A DNA stretch of 63,834 nt, the filler included, from Octopus bimaculoides (Eukaryota), in the NCBI RefSeq assembly GCF_001194135.2. It is 7 parts of 5 records of this genome, joined end to end, with 100 filler letters (N's around TTAATTAATTAA, not from the genome) between each part and the next. Parts side by side here need not be neighbours in the genome. Positions count along the whole stretch, not along the records: positions 34,978 to 43,692 come from NC_068982.1; positions 43,793 to 59,154 come from NC_068992.1; 5 more parts are not named here. The stretch is one strand, 5' to 3'. A program made the translations under genes and the position numbers. The notes beneath the pieces were generated by a model, which saw only the letters and a list, made by a program, of their open reading frames with translations, ran no database searches and was not told the origin of the DNA. Positions 37,080 through 50,084 of this stretch are shown here, in pieces; position 1 is the first letter of the stretch; each line of letters opens with the position of its first letter.

Positions 37080-37950
37080 AAAATATCAACCAAGTAGGCT
37101 TTTACTTTATTATGGTAGCATGATGGTGTTCCATCTAGCTACAAATAAAACTCCACCACTTCAAAGTCCTCTTGGAATGCTTGGCATGACAGATTGTTGC
37201 AGCAACTTCAAGTAAATGGGACCAGTCAAAATACCGTCGGAAAATAATGATCCAATTTATTCTTTTGATGATAAGCCGCAGCACGCTGTAATTCCTAGTA
37301 AATTAAAATGATATTCCTTCGTAAACGCAGTTTTCAGATTCTCATGTGAGTGCAACTGTGAAAGCTAATTGAACCATTTGCTTTAAATGTAGCTTTATCA
37401 CTCCAAGCAACTTTTGTAGGAAATTGTGCATCTTCTACGCATCTTGTCGAGTAACACTCGCAGTTCTTCAATCTTCGGTCCGGATCATCTTTATATTCAG
37501 AACATGGAGTATTTGGGGATGTAACTTTCCGATAACTGTGTTTCAAAATGCAGGTGGCACTTGATTTTGAAATTCGTATTTCACAATTTTGAAATTCCTA
37601 TTTCGTTTTGCATACAGATTTTCTTGAATTCTGGCAATACGTTTCTTGTACCCACTTTTGTTTTGTGTGGATCGTTGCTGTCCACAATCTTCCGGAGTCT
37701 TGTGGACATTTTGAACCCATCTATTCCAAACTGATCTCCAATTCGACTGATGGTAAGTCGCGAAGGTAGATCTGTTTAAAACTCCCGGCCTAAACTGCCT
37801 TTCCATTTAAACTGCATTTTCAAAACTCCAGTAGCACCAGAATAAACTTCCTTTGTTCAAAGTTTAGTCTGACTCCCTTCATTATGGAAATTGAGTTATC
37901 CGTTGTTAAAGCATGTATACGTTTATTTTATATTTTTGGGGCGGATACCA
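37080..37950 (-). mobile_element. IS630-Tc1-mariner transposase remnant (DUF4817-like HTH N-terminus)
   Basis: YWSFENAV..ERQF...PSRLTISRI; DDPDRRLKNCE...KVAWSDKATFKANGSI; IGSLFFDGILTGPIYLKLLQQ; LDGTPSCYH. Confidence 0.8.
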
Positions 37951-38086
37951 TATATATATATATATATATATATATATGGTAGAAAAATCATCACAGAAGA
38001 TATACGCCCAAAATAATATTGTATTGATAGATAGATGTATAAATATATAAAGTATGATTATTTAAAAAGTTTAAAAGTTTAAAATA

Positions 38087-38175
38087 TCTTGCGATCGTTT
38101 CGTGAATGTATTACCTTTAGAAATGGAATCTAAAATTGATAATCATTATTAGGTAATACATCCACTCGTCAGAGA
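38087..38175 (-). ncRNA. Hammerhead core, cleavage triplet mutated (GUA to GCA)
   Basis: TCT-CTGACGA-GTGGATGTATTACCT...GGTAATACATTCAC-GAAA-CGATCG-CA-AGA. Confidence 0.55.
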
Positions 38176-38964
38176 GAAAGAGGGTGAATTTCCGTGTAGT
38201 CAATCGAATGCTATTTAAAAATATATGAAAAATCTTGTCTGCCGTCTTTGTATAAAGGAATCGCTATACATATTATTATAAAAATAAAATAGTTTAATTA
38301 ATTGCCAATCGGAAGCATTATCCACTTGTAGACATGAGTTTTATAAAACCTTTAAACACTATAAGAGATCAGCGAGAAAAGATTCACATTAATATCGTAT
38401 GTTTCTTATTTTTCATATAGTGGTATCATAATAATAGGATGTTTACAAGTAAGAAAGAAGAAAATTAAATTTGAATTATTTTGAGTATACACATCTTCAC
38501 ATAACGTAAATTCTCTCTTGGATGAATGCTAGAAATGTCTTCTTGAAATTTGAACTTGTACGCCTCTAATGTACAACAAACTGATTTTAAATATAATAAT
38601 TTAAATATTACATTGGGTCTGTAAACGGCTATTTTCACATTTGCAAAAAATGTAACAATGACATCTTCCAGTTTTATATATATATACAACTATAAAAGGC
38701 AAAAATTTAACTACTTTTATTTTCTGCATTTATGGATCACACATTGAAGAGAGCAGAATTATAGGATTTATATCTACATACAGCCATTATGGATTACCGC
38801 AGAGGATTTTATCACGGTTGTATATTTTTCTTCAAAATTTTTAGCACATGATTGTACCAACACATATCTACGCCAGTAACTTTTAAACTATATCTTTAAA
38901 CAACATCTTTTTCATATATTTTTAAATAGCATTCGATTAACTACACGGAAATTCACCGTCTTTT

Positions 38965-39053
38965 TCTCTGACGAGTGGATGTATTACCTAATAATGATTA
39001 TCAATTTTGGATTCCATTTCTAAGGGTAATACATTCCCGAAACGGTTGTAAGA
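38965..39053 (+). ncRNA. Hammerhead core, stem III mutated
   Basis: TCT-CTGACGA-GTGGATGTATTACCT...GGGTAATACATTCCC-GAAA-CGGTTG-TA-AGA. Confidence 0.6.
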
Positions 39054-39678
39054 TATTTTAAACTTTTAAACAATCATTCTTTTATATTTATACATCTATC
39101 TATTAATACAATATTATTTTGGATGTATATCTTCTGTGGTGATTTTTTGATGTAATTTTCCTGCTCTTATTTCATAATATATATATATATATATAACGTG
39201 AGAGAGTTAGGGGTTGGGGGTACAACCCACTAAGGGATAGTATCTATCCGGTATACTGCTGGGAGGGTACCCAATTATTGCTACACTAGTGCTATACTAG
39301 GTGCAATNNNNNNNNNNNNNNNNNNNNNNNNNNNNNNNNNNNNNNNNNNNNNNNNNNNNNNNNNNNNNNNNNNNNNNNNNNNNNNNNNNNNNNNNNNNNN
39401 NNNNNNNNNNNNNNNNNNNNNNNNNNNNNNNNNNNNNNNNNNNNNNNNNNNNNNNNNNNNNNNNNNNNNNNNNNNNNNNNNNNNNNNNNNNNNNNNNNNN
39501 NNNNNNNNNNNNNNNNNNNNNNNNNNNNNNNNNNNNNNNNNNNNNNNNNNNNNNNNNNNNNNNNNNNNNNNNNNNNNNNNNNNNNNNNNNNNNNNNNNNN
39601 NNNNNNNNNNNNNNNNNNNNNNNNNNNNNNNNNNNNNNNNNNNNNNNNNNNNNNNNNNNNNNNNNNNNNNNNNNNNNN

Positions 39679-39717
<39 letters not shown>

Positions 39718-40409
39718 AAGAGAGAGAATTCTTTTATAAGAATAGTATTGACAATGATTAAGTCAACATACGCCCAATGATGGCTTATTTGGCCGAAACT
39801 TCAAAGTTACAGTCAATACTATTCTTGTTGAGGAATAATAGATTTGTACTCTACAAAAGTATCGAGTAATCCTTCAGTCTAATGTAAAATGGCTTTTATT
39901 ATAATTTAACATAAAAACAAACATGCGTGCATGTGTATACATACAAACATACATACATTCATACAGACAGACAGACAGACAACTTGCTAGTTAGCAAGAT
40001 TTATAGATAGATAAATTGACAGATAGATAGATAAATAGGTACATAGGTACTTAACTAACCAGCCAGCTGACAAGCCAAATGGATAGATATCCGTGCCTCG
40101 GTATAGATAAAAATTTGGACTTAACTGCACTTCATTGAACAATGAGTTTTTATTAGTCTCTTAACATCTACTTAGAGTGGAGAAGAGTATTTGGAATTTA
40201 GTAGGATTTACACACCTTGTTTTTATTGTGGATACAGTAAGCTATTTGTTATTGAAGTTATTTTTTAGGCCTTAGCACAACCAAGCGGAGTAGGAGTCTT
40301 TTATGCAGATAATATAGCGGAATCGTCTGTACACTTCAAACAAATTATTTACACTCCTACATACAGTCATGTGAGTATGTATGTGTATGCGTGTGCGCTA
40401 GTATGCGCG

Positions 40410-40838
40410 TATAACAATAAATGGGGCAAGGCACGACAGTCAGACGATAAATGATAACGGAGGCGATGTAGGCATTAGCCACCTCTGCCAGACCTTTCAA
40501 AGACAGCTTCCTCTCAGCCCATTTCTGGGTAAGACTGGCCACCCTGTTCGTCATTTCGTTCCAGTTTTTAACCATCTGGAGGTCGGGACCAAACCAGACC
40601 CTGAGCAGTTTAACTGATCCGTCAGTCCAGCGACCGATGATACCGCCTTACGGCATCGACCTGCCTCTCCAGGTGCCCAGTGGCAAGCCCACCGACTACT
40701 CAGCATTGATTTTAGCCCCTGCAGCCGACTCATATTCTTCTAGAATGGAGCCGACCGTCTCCGCTTCGGAGGCGTCCGACACCATGACGGTGACGTCGTC
40801 CGTGTATGCAGACACTGCTCTTCCGAGTCCCAGTTCGA
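40410..40838 (-). mobile_element. Tx1/L1-clade RT fragment
   Basis: VSAYTDDVTVMVSD...VKLLRVWFGPDLQMVKNWNEMTNRVASLTQKWAERKLSLKGLAEVANAYIASVI. Confidence 0.85.
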
Positions 40839-40963
40839 AAGAGATTCCCCTCAATTTATTTTTATTTTTATTTTTATTTTATTTTTGCTTTTGTTTTTGT
40901 TCTTGTTTCTATTTCACCTTTGTTTTTACCTCTTATTCTATATTTGTATAAAATTCTTTGTGA

Positions 40964-41090
40964 ATCTCTGAAGAGGCCTAACGGATCGTGCATGTACCTC
41001 CATTTCAACATTACATCCGATAATCACTCCCGCAGGAACTATTCAGATAGAATGGGGCATGCCAAATCTAGGCCGAAACAGCTGTAAGAT
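40964..41090 (+). ncRNA. Type-I hammerhead core with an 88-nt loop II
   Basis: ATCT-CTGAAGA-GGCCTA(88 nt)TAGGCC-GAAA-CAGCTG-TA-AGAT; stems I and II are perfect. Confidence 0.7.
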
Positions 41091-41519
41091 TAAACTTTTG
41101 TTCATTCTCAAATTCCTTATGTACTTTGTACTTTTATCTGTAAACCCGGTTGTCAAAATAACATGGTTTGTCATAAGCACCTGTACTTTGTGGGGTTTTT
41201 TTTGTCACTTTAGCTATGAATTAAATTAATGAATTCAACGGGATACACTGTCTGCAAGTCGTTGGGTTCAGCATATTATTCTCCTTTTTCTAATTGATGT
41301 ACAAATTTAGGGTAAACCCCCTCCTTTTACCCGCTCCCATTTATTNNNNNNNNNNNNNNNNNNNNNNNNNNNNNNNNNNNNNNNNNNNNNNNNNNNNNNN
41401 NNNNNNNNNNNNNNNNNNNNNNNNNNNNNNNNNNNNNNNNNNNNNNNNNNNNNNNNNNNNNNNNNNNNNNNNNNNNNNNNNNNNNNNNNNNNNNNNNNNN
41501 NNNNNNNNNNNNNNNNNNN

Positions 41520-41551
<32 letters not shown>

Positions 41552-41609
41552 CGATAAGTTTCTTTCAGTTTCCGTCTATCAAATCCACTCATGACGCCTC
41601 GTTTCATGC

Positions 41610-42230
41610 ACAAGCTACCATGTTGGCAATATGCAGGCGAAAGGCCGAATGGATTCTGACAACTTTTAGAACAAGGGACGGACTACAAAATTATGCTGGT
41701 CCTATGGAAAATATTTGACCTCAACCATCTGGATTACTGCTCACAACTATGGTCACCTCACAATGTCAGATTATTAGCGGAACTCGAGGCAGCTCAGCGG
41801 TACTACACTAGGAAGATTGCATCAGTGAAACAGTTGAGTTACTGGGAAAGACTGAAAGAATTATGACTCTATGGAGCGAAGACAGAAGAGATATGCAGTG
41901 ATATACATATGGAAGTTCCTAGAGGGGCTGGCATCAAACTTTGGCATTAAGAGTTATACGAGCCGCCTAACAGGACGTCACCGAACTGTTCCATAGGTAC
42001 CACTCATTCCACTTAGAGTGAGGTCCAGGTACTGTAATGCAAAGGGATTCAAAGGCCCACAGCTATTTAACATTTTTGCCAAAAAGCCTGAGAGATCTAC
42101 ATAGTGTGGGAATAGATATTTTCAAGAAGCAACTTGACCTAGTGGTGCCAAGATCCCAGATGAACCAACATTACGACAAGAAACTAAAAAAAAGAGCAGC
42201 AGTATCAAACTCCCTCCACCAAAAGCCAAT
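41610..42230 (+). mobile_element. CR1-group LINE, ORF2 C-terminal remnant
   Basis: HLDYCSQLWSPHNVRLLAELEAAQRYYTRKIASVKQLSYWERLKEL; YAVIYIWKFLEG; GPQLFNILPKSLRDL. Confidence 0.85.
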
Positions 42231-42404
42231 CACATATGGTCGTCATAGCCTTTACAATATATATATTCACTATAAGGATACTTAAACCTCTTATAGGGAT
42301 AGTTTTATCCAAGATATTCTGGTTTATTATATATATATATTAAGCAATGGAATTCCAACCTAGTCTGATTTTCAAGATTTATTATTTACAATTTTACAGT
42401 AATC

Positions 42405-42620
42405 ATTTCTACTGGAGGCACAAGTCCTCAGATTTGTGGGGAGGAAACTAGTCGATTGCATTGACCCCAGTGTTTTGTCTGGTACTTAATTTTTCGACTC
42501 CGAAAGGATGAAAGGCAAAGTCGAGCTCGGCGGAATTTGAACTCAGAACATAAAGACGGACGAAATACCGCTAAGCATTTCGCCCGGTGTGCTAACGATT
42601 CTGCCAGCTCGCCGCCTTTT
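42405..42620 (-). mobile_element. SINE family B
   Basis: Full-length match. Confidence 0.85.
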
Positions 42621-42690
42621 ACAATACGACTATTATAGCAATAGAATATTATATATTTATAATATATTTATAATATATCATCAGTTTTAT

Positions 42691-42723
<33 letters not shown>

Positions 42724-43789
42724 ACTTTCAAATTTTACGTGAAACACGACTGTCACGNNNNNNNNNNNNNNNNNNNNNNNNNNNNNNNNNNNNNNNNNNN
42801 NNNNNNNNNNNNNNNNNNNNNNNNNNNNNNNNNNNNNNNNNNNNNNNNNNNNNNNNNNNNNNNNNNNNNNNNNNNNNNNNNNNNNNNNNNNNNNNNNNNN
42901 NNNNNNNNNNNNNNNNNNNNNNNNNNNNNNNNNNNNNNNNNNNNNNNNNNNNNNNNNNNNNNNNNNNNNNNNNNNNNNNNNNNNNNNNNNNNNNNNNNNN
43001 NNNNNNNNNNNNNNNNNNNNNNNNNNNNNNNNNNNNNNNNNNNNNNNNNNNNNNNNNNNNNNNNNNNNNNNNNNNNNNNNNNNNNNNNNNNNNNNNNNNN
43101 NNNNNNNNNNNNNNNNNNNNNNNNNNNNNNNNNNNNNNNNNNNNNNNNNNNNNNNNNNNNNNNNNNNNNNNNNNATATATATGTATGTATGTATGTCTGT
43201 ATGTATGTGTGTGTGTGTGTGTGTGTATGTGTGTGTGTGTGTGTTTTTCAGGCGGGAAAGCCTCCGAGACTGGTAGAAACATATGCTTCCTTTAAGTTCG
43301 TCACATCACAGCGTTCCGTATACATATATATATTTTTCACGTCTGGCCTTTTAGCCCTTCCTGTTTATTCTCACTGTTTCGTTTTCTTGTCGTGTTTTCT
43401 GTTCGCTACTATATTCCTCCGCGTTACAAATTTAATTTGTTTCCGCGGGAAGAGCCATTCTAACAATGCGTCCTGCCCTAACTCTTCGAAACGCTTAGTT
43501 TTAGAATGGTGGCAGCTGATGAAGGAAATGTTCTCTATGTGGCCTGTGTGTTTTCTGTGCTCTGTTTATGTTCTGTTTCTCATTTTGCCCACGCTTTCTT
43601 TGACGTCATGTACCCAGATATGCATCTATATATACATGTAGATGTAGGTATGTACATTAGAGACATGTATATATATATATGTATATATATATNNNNNNNN
43701 NNNNNNNNNNNNNNNNNNNNNNNNNNNNNNNNNNNNTTAATTAATTAANNNNNNNNNNNNNNNNNNNNNNNNNNNNNNNNNNNNNNNNN

Positions 43790-44345
43790 NNNTGTGGGGG
43801 TTGGAGTGACGGGGGTGGGGTGAGGATGAGGGGAGCGTATCAGGGAGGGAGGGGGTTCGGGGAGGAATCGGGGTAGTGGCATCGGGTGTGATGGAATGGA
43901 GGAGTTTACGTTGTTTAGTGTGAGCGAGAAATTCATGAATGAGATATTTAAACAGATTATGTAACATAAAAGGAAGTATGCATGGGAAGGCCATTGAGAG
44001 GAGAAGATGGAAGAAGCAAGAGGGAGAAGGGCGATCGATGGTGTGTATTTTGGAGAGATTAGAACGAATGGTGGTGTGGATATGGCGGTAGGAAGTAGTA
44101 CGGAGTATGGGTAGGATGGTTGAAGAAGAGTGCAGAGTGGGGTTCAAATGGAGGTGGAAACCCTTGGGGAAGAGGCGGTGATGAAGGCAGCGACTGAGAA
44201 ATGAAACGTGGCTAGAGAAGGGTATTTTTTAAAAACTTATTATGGAAAGATTAATAGAAGGTTGAAAGCAGCGGAAAGGAAATGTGGAAAGGTGTGTCTT
44301 TAGGCGGTGGTGAAGGTGAAGGAGGAAAGATTTGTAATCGGACAT
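43790..44345 (-). mobile_element. Penelope-like element, ORF N-terminal remnant
   Basis: SHVSFLSRCLHHRLFPKGFHLHLNP resembles the PLE N-terminal motif H..FL..C......PKG. Confidence 0.55.
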
Positions 44346-44559
44346 GATTACAAGGAGAAAAAAGGGGGAGAGAAAGGCAAAATAATGACGTATGGAGTAT
44401 AGAGTTTCAAAAGAAATTCAAAAGGCGTGAGGAGAAAACTACAAGAGGTGAGAGGAGAAGAAAAATAAAAACCAGGAAAGAAAGTAGGAGAAAGAAGGAG
44501 GAAACAAAGAAAGGAGAAGAAAGGAAGAGAAGACGAAAAGGAAAAAGAAAAGGAGAGAA

Positions 44560-44643
<84 letters not shown>

Positions 44644-45009
44644 NNNNNNNNNNNNNNNNNNNNNNNNNNNNNNNNNNNNNNNNNNNNNNNNNNNNNNNNN
44701 NNNNNNNNNNNNNNNNNNNNNNNNNNNNNNNNNNNNNNNNNNNNNNNNNNNNNNNNNNNNNNNNNNNNNNNNNNNNNNNNNNNNNNNNNNNNNNNNNNNN
44801 NNNNNNNNNNNNNNNNNNNNNNNNNNNNNNNNNNNNNNNNNNNNNNNNNNNNNNNNNNNNNNNNNNNNNNNNNNNNNNNNNNNNNNNNNNNNNNNNNNNN
44901 NNNNNNNNNNNNNNNNNNNNNNNNNNNNNNNNNNNNNNNNNNNNNNNNNNNNNNNNNNNNNNNNNNNNNNNNNNNNNNNNNNNNNNNNNNNNNNNNNNNN
45001 NNNNNNNNN

Positions 45010-45067
<58 letters not shown>

Positions 45068-46069
45068 GGGGCAAAATAACAACGTACGGATTGAGAGAAA
45101 ACAGGGTAAGAAAAAACAGAGCAAGAAAAAACAAAAAAAACAAAAAAAAAACAATAGGAAAAACAGAAAGTTAAAAAAAGTTCAGAAATTTGCAAAAGGG
45201 TTCAAACGTCGTGGTGTATTGGAGCGATTTCTCATTAACGCAAGAGTCCAGTGAAATCCATGTGTAGATGAGGAGAGGTGCATAAAATCCAGGTAGAAGT
45301 CCGAAGTGTAGGAGGTAGAAACAGGATAAAACTGGTGCGACCACGTGAGCATGCAATATATAGTTGGAATTCTGATAAAACTTGTTTTTGATTATTATAG
45401 CAATTCCCATATTTACATGCCAATATTCTCGAATAGTGTTTTTGATTTAACCATATCATTGCAGGTGGAATAAGAACCATATTAGTTAATGATAACTTTA
45501 TGAAACGACCATCGAATATATTACGGTATAATAATATTGTAATTCAAAATTTTGATGTTAACAGCTTTTCTGTTAATGATATAAACGTTCTTATTGTTAT
45601 TCGTCCAGCGGAGAGTAGTTTCATCAGCATTAAATATTTATTTTAAAAATAGGAAAGGTTTCCACTATTGTAGCTAAATATCACACGTATTCATCAGCAT
45701 TTTATTTGTCCTGAAATATTACTTTTATATTATACACACTTGAATAAATTACAGATAATATATCTCAGACCAGAGTAAATCCGGAGATTCGGTAAAAGTT
45801 TTTTTTATTATAACAGCATATATTACACGTGTTTCACTAGCGAATATTTGTACATCATGCTGTTATCATGATATAGACGGTTGAATAATTACCACTTAAC
45901 GCTAGATCGTCAGAAGTAAAAGCTAATTTAATCTATTGTTTGTTACCTGCGTCTACAGATGGTGGTTACGCGATCCCGTTAACGATCTCGTATGCCTTCC
46001 TGGTTTATGCCAGCGAAGCAGTTGAAAAGATTACGTAATCTATGATACAGGTTCCCTGTTTCATTCTAT

Positions 46070-46105
<36 letters not shown>

Positions 46106-47687
46106 GTAAAAATATGTGACACTTATTTAGTAGCCATGTTAAAACTCCGAGTTTCCGATGCCCGGGCGGTGTTCCGCTCCAACCATCTCTTCAGTTATCC
46201 AGCCACCGGAGGTTCTATTTGAAAAACAACCGTTATGGAAACGAAAACAAAGGGAAATAAGCAACCATAAACATAAACAAAGGGAAATTACTGTGTGGTG
46301 TCAAAACCCATCGAAATTTGCGTATATCATACACGCACGCACATACCTCTATTTGCATAATATCGAGGTCTCTTTCTTTCTTTTGTTGCCATTCCTGCCA
46401 AATATATACATATAAACATACACTCATACATACGTAAGAGTTGGCATAATTTAACTAAGCATTATTCGCCTTAAATTTTATTACCCATTCACTTTCTTTA
46501 GGAATAACAGAAACTTTATATATATGCTTTAAAAAAAAATCGGTTAATAGAAAAACCTGTTATACGATGATGTCAGAGAATTCTGAAATTAAAAAAAAAA
46601 GTTAAAATACATTGTTATCAAGGAAAGGTAAGGAAAGATAACTGAAAATAATTAAAATGAAGACAAAAACTAAGGAAAAGACAAACAAATCGTGATGAAT
46701 ATATGGAATCTAAAAACATAACAGTAAACAAATGTAATGGCATTTCAAGCCATTAGTTAAAAAATCATTGAATGAATATCTCGGCTGTAAACATAAGAAG
46801 AGTTTACCTCAGCAAATTCTCGAATCACAAAATGTCTATCATAAATGACAACGTACAAAAGTAAATCCAATGATATTCATATTTTACAAACGTGTTGTTT
46901 ATCTGTCATCTTTATCATTCATAAAAAAATTATATTATGTTCGTATGACATGTGTAATATGATTACTTTAAGTCCAGATGTCGTAACTCATATACTGTGT
47001 CCTTCAGAAAATCAGGTAACAAAAAAGTATTTATTATTCATTGGTGGTAGGGACCATAATACAGCAATCCCTCAACTATCGCTTTTGTTACGTTCCTGAA
47101 AACCCCGTGATAAGTGAAAATCCGCAAAGTAGAAACAATACTGTATATTTCTTAATTATTTTTATAATTTGTACATATCTATTTTATAATAAATGCAAAA
47201 CAACACCATACACTCACCTCCCGAGTTGCGTTTTCCATATAGTTATTAGAATAGAAGAACTTATGACTAGCAGACGAGGAGGAAGCTCAACAGAGAAACT
47301 ATACGCCTGGGAAGAGAAGCGGGTGACACGTTTAAAATTTTGACTGAGAGCAATAGACTAGAAAATTCGTCAGATTAATGACCATAGAAATACCCATAGA
47401 AAAGATGCAATGTGGAATGGTGGCCTTATGGAGACAAGATAATCTCAAGCGTAATTAGTATTGTACTACTTACTTATGTTTCTTCTTCAGGGAAGTTATC
47501 CCAGAAATCTTGTATCGGCTCGAAACTATGACAGAAATGAATGCGTCTAGGGAATTGCGCAAAAGTATCAAACTCAGTATCTGGTGAGTGCGAACTTTTT
47601 AACCATTCGATCATACGGTATAAGTTTGCAAATAAACTTAGATGAATCTTGTGAAGTAATAACTTCGAAGTTATTCAAAACAAAATA

Positions 47688-47691
<4 letters not shown>

Positions 47692-47743
<52 letters not shown>
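47692..47743. repeat. Poly(A) tract of about 50 nt
   Basis: Direct inspection. Confidence 0.9.
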
Positions 47744-47745
<2 letters not shown>

Positions 47746-48865
47746 AAAAACGAAGTATAACAAAGTAATGAAATATTTATCTTGAGACTAAACCTTCCAG
47801 ATGCTACAAAAAGATAAATCACTTTACATACGAGTACACAGATATTCACACTTACAAAACAGAAACATATCCATTCATACACCCATACATACATACATCC
47901 ATACCTACACACACAAACACACACACACACACACACACCCACACACAGATGTCCATACGCCCACAGATTTCCATGCATACACAAAAAAAAAAATTGTAGT
48001 AGCACATTCTGAGATATTTTCACAGTCATAAACACCTTGCGCAAACTGACCAAGAAGAGAAAGTAAACAAGAGTAGAAAGAAGGGTGCAGATTTATAAGA
48101 CATGCAAAAACAAGTTCCATGGAGATTCTGTACGAGTAATAATAAATTGCATGTGAATCCAGCGTAGGTTGTAGGTATCCTCAGGGATGTTGGTTTACTC
48201 TATACATTGCAGAATCAATACACACACTCAGGCTTTCTTGGAGAAATACAAGAACGAAAACAAAAAGTGCAGCGATTGATAAAAGAGAAAATCTGTTTCG
48301 TTATCTTTCGTAATCAGAAATGTTTTTTATATACATAAACATACAAAAACAAGTGCATTAACACACACACACACTCACACACGTATGAGTACGCAGAGAG
48401 ACAGAAAAATACAGAGAAATACACACAGATATATATATATATNNNNNNNNNNNNNNNNNNNNNNNNNNNNNNNNNNNNNNNNNNNNNNNNNNNNNNNNNN
48501 NNNNNNNNNNNNNNNNNNNNNNNNNNNNNNNNNNNNNNNNNNNNNNNNNNNNNNNNNNNNNNNNNNNNNNNNNNNNNNNNNNNNNNNNNNNNNNNNNNNN
48601 NNNNNNNNNNNNNNNNNNNNNNNNNNNNNNNNNNNNNNNNNNNNTATACACAGGTATATGTATGTATATATAAGTATATATATATGTACACACGAGCGCG
48701 AACACATACACATATAAGTAATCTTGTTTTGTCTTGTTTTGATAAGATATATATTGGAGCCATTATGAAAGGACTTCTAGAAAGCCTATTCAATGCAGTT
48801 TGGAAACTTTTTTAATTTTTCGATATTGCCTAAAAAACAACAAAAAATACACACATACGCACACA

Positions 48866-48904
<39 letters not shown>

Positions 48905-49331
48905 GTACACACAAGCAGGAAACTGTATTTTAGAAAGGTTTATGAGGAAAATACAAGTATTTAAAGGTTGAAAAGTTCAGAAAATGAGAATCGAACTGAT
49001 TGTAAATAAACATAGCCGGGTCTGAATCATTGAAGTATATGGGCAACAGGTAGATATCTTTGCTCGGTCAAGTAACTTGTATAGATTTGTATAGATGGGT
49101 TAAAAAATCTCATATAATGCGTGACCTCAGTTTTATGATTCGATAACAAGAGCAATTGCGTAACAAGAGACCAATGGAATATTGTAATGTTAGGCGAATA
49201 ATCTTTTTCGCATCTTGAACTATAGAATTCTATGTCCCACCACCCTTACTCTCATCCATAAAAATATGTATAAGTTCCAAGGGACAAAGTTCGCAGTATT
49301 TTACGGCTGGATACCCTATCTAGTATCCTTG

Positions 49332-49379
<48 letters not shown>

Positions 49380-49618
49380 CGCACACACACTTGCACACAC
49401 ATATATACATATACCTACACACATACATACATACGCATATACATATATGTCTATTTATAAACACACACACAGATATATATATATGTATAACGAAGCAATG
49501 ATGCAAAGCGGTGTTTATGTATAATCACAATTTATGTTAGTTGAAATAAGTTTGTCGCATATTTCAACTGCTAAAGGCAAATACACTGCACTTATCGTAG
49601 AGAAGACAATCTCACTTC

Positions 49619-49906
49619 CAGATGTATATTATGGCATATCTTTCCCGCCTACGTTTTATGGAATAGAGTCTCAATCTCTCGAGTCTATCCCAGTAGCTTA
49701 TATGCTACATAGAGGCTATCTTCTTCGGGTAGCTTCGTTGGATTGCTCAAGTTCTGCAATTGATTTTACACTGTTTGGTGACCATAGCTGGGAGCAAGAA
49801 CAAGTGTACCCTAGAAGACCATCATGGTTTCCTGATCTCTCGTTCTAAAAGTTCTTATATATATATATTCCATAAAACGTAGGCGAGAAAGGTATGTGTG
49901 CATCTG
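49619..49906. mobile_element. Small foldback / MITE-like element
   Basis: CTTTCCCGCCTACGTTTTATGGAATA (49640-49665) is mirrored by TATTCCATAAAACGTAGGCGAGAAAG (49866-49891). Confidence 0.6.
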
Positions 49907-50084
49907 TGTGTGTGTTTGTTAAGTCTGAATTTATACATACATATACATGCAAATATAGTCAGGATGTAGCGTAACATAGAGATACGTTTGTGGCATTCTA
50001 CTTACCCACAATGAAGAAAGAAATAATGCCAATACATAAACACATAATTTACACCAAATACTAAGAGAATATACAGTTTGTCAT

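Larger units (their letters stand above)
37980..39150. mobile_element. ~1.17-kb foldback with ~260-bp arms, each with a long-stem-II hammerhead core
   Basis: 37980-38240 is the reverse complement of 38900-39150. Confidence 0.85.

Noticed and set aside
47658-47675. 18-bp palindrome AATAACTTCGAAGTTATT resembling fused loxP outer arms
   Set aside because: A palindrome this short is plausible by chance in AT-rich DNA; no TATA or spacer part of loxP is present.
47560-47743. Possible processed-pseudogene end (AATAAA plus long poly(A))
   Set aside because: No upstream ORF or TSD was identified.
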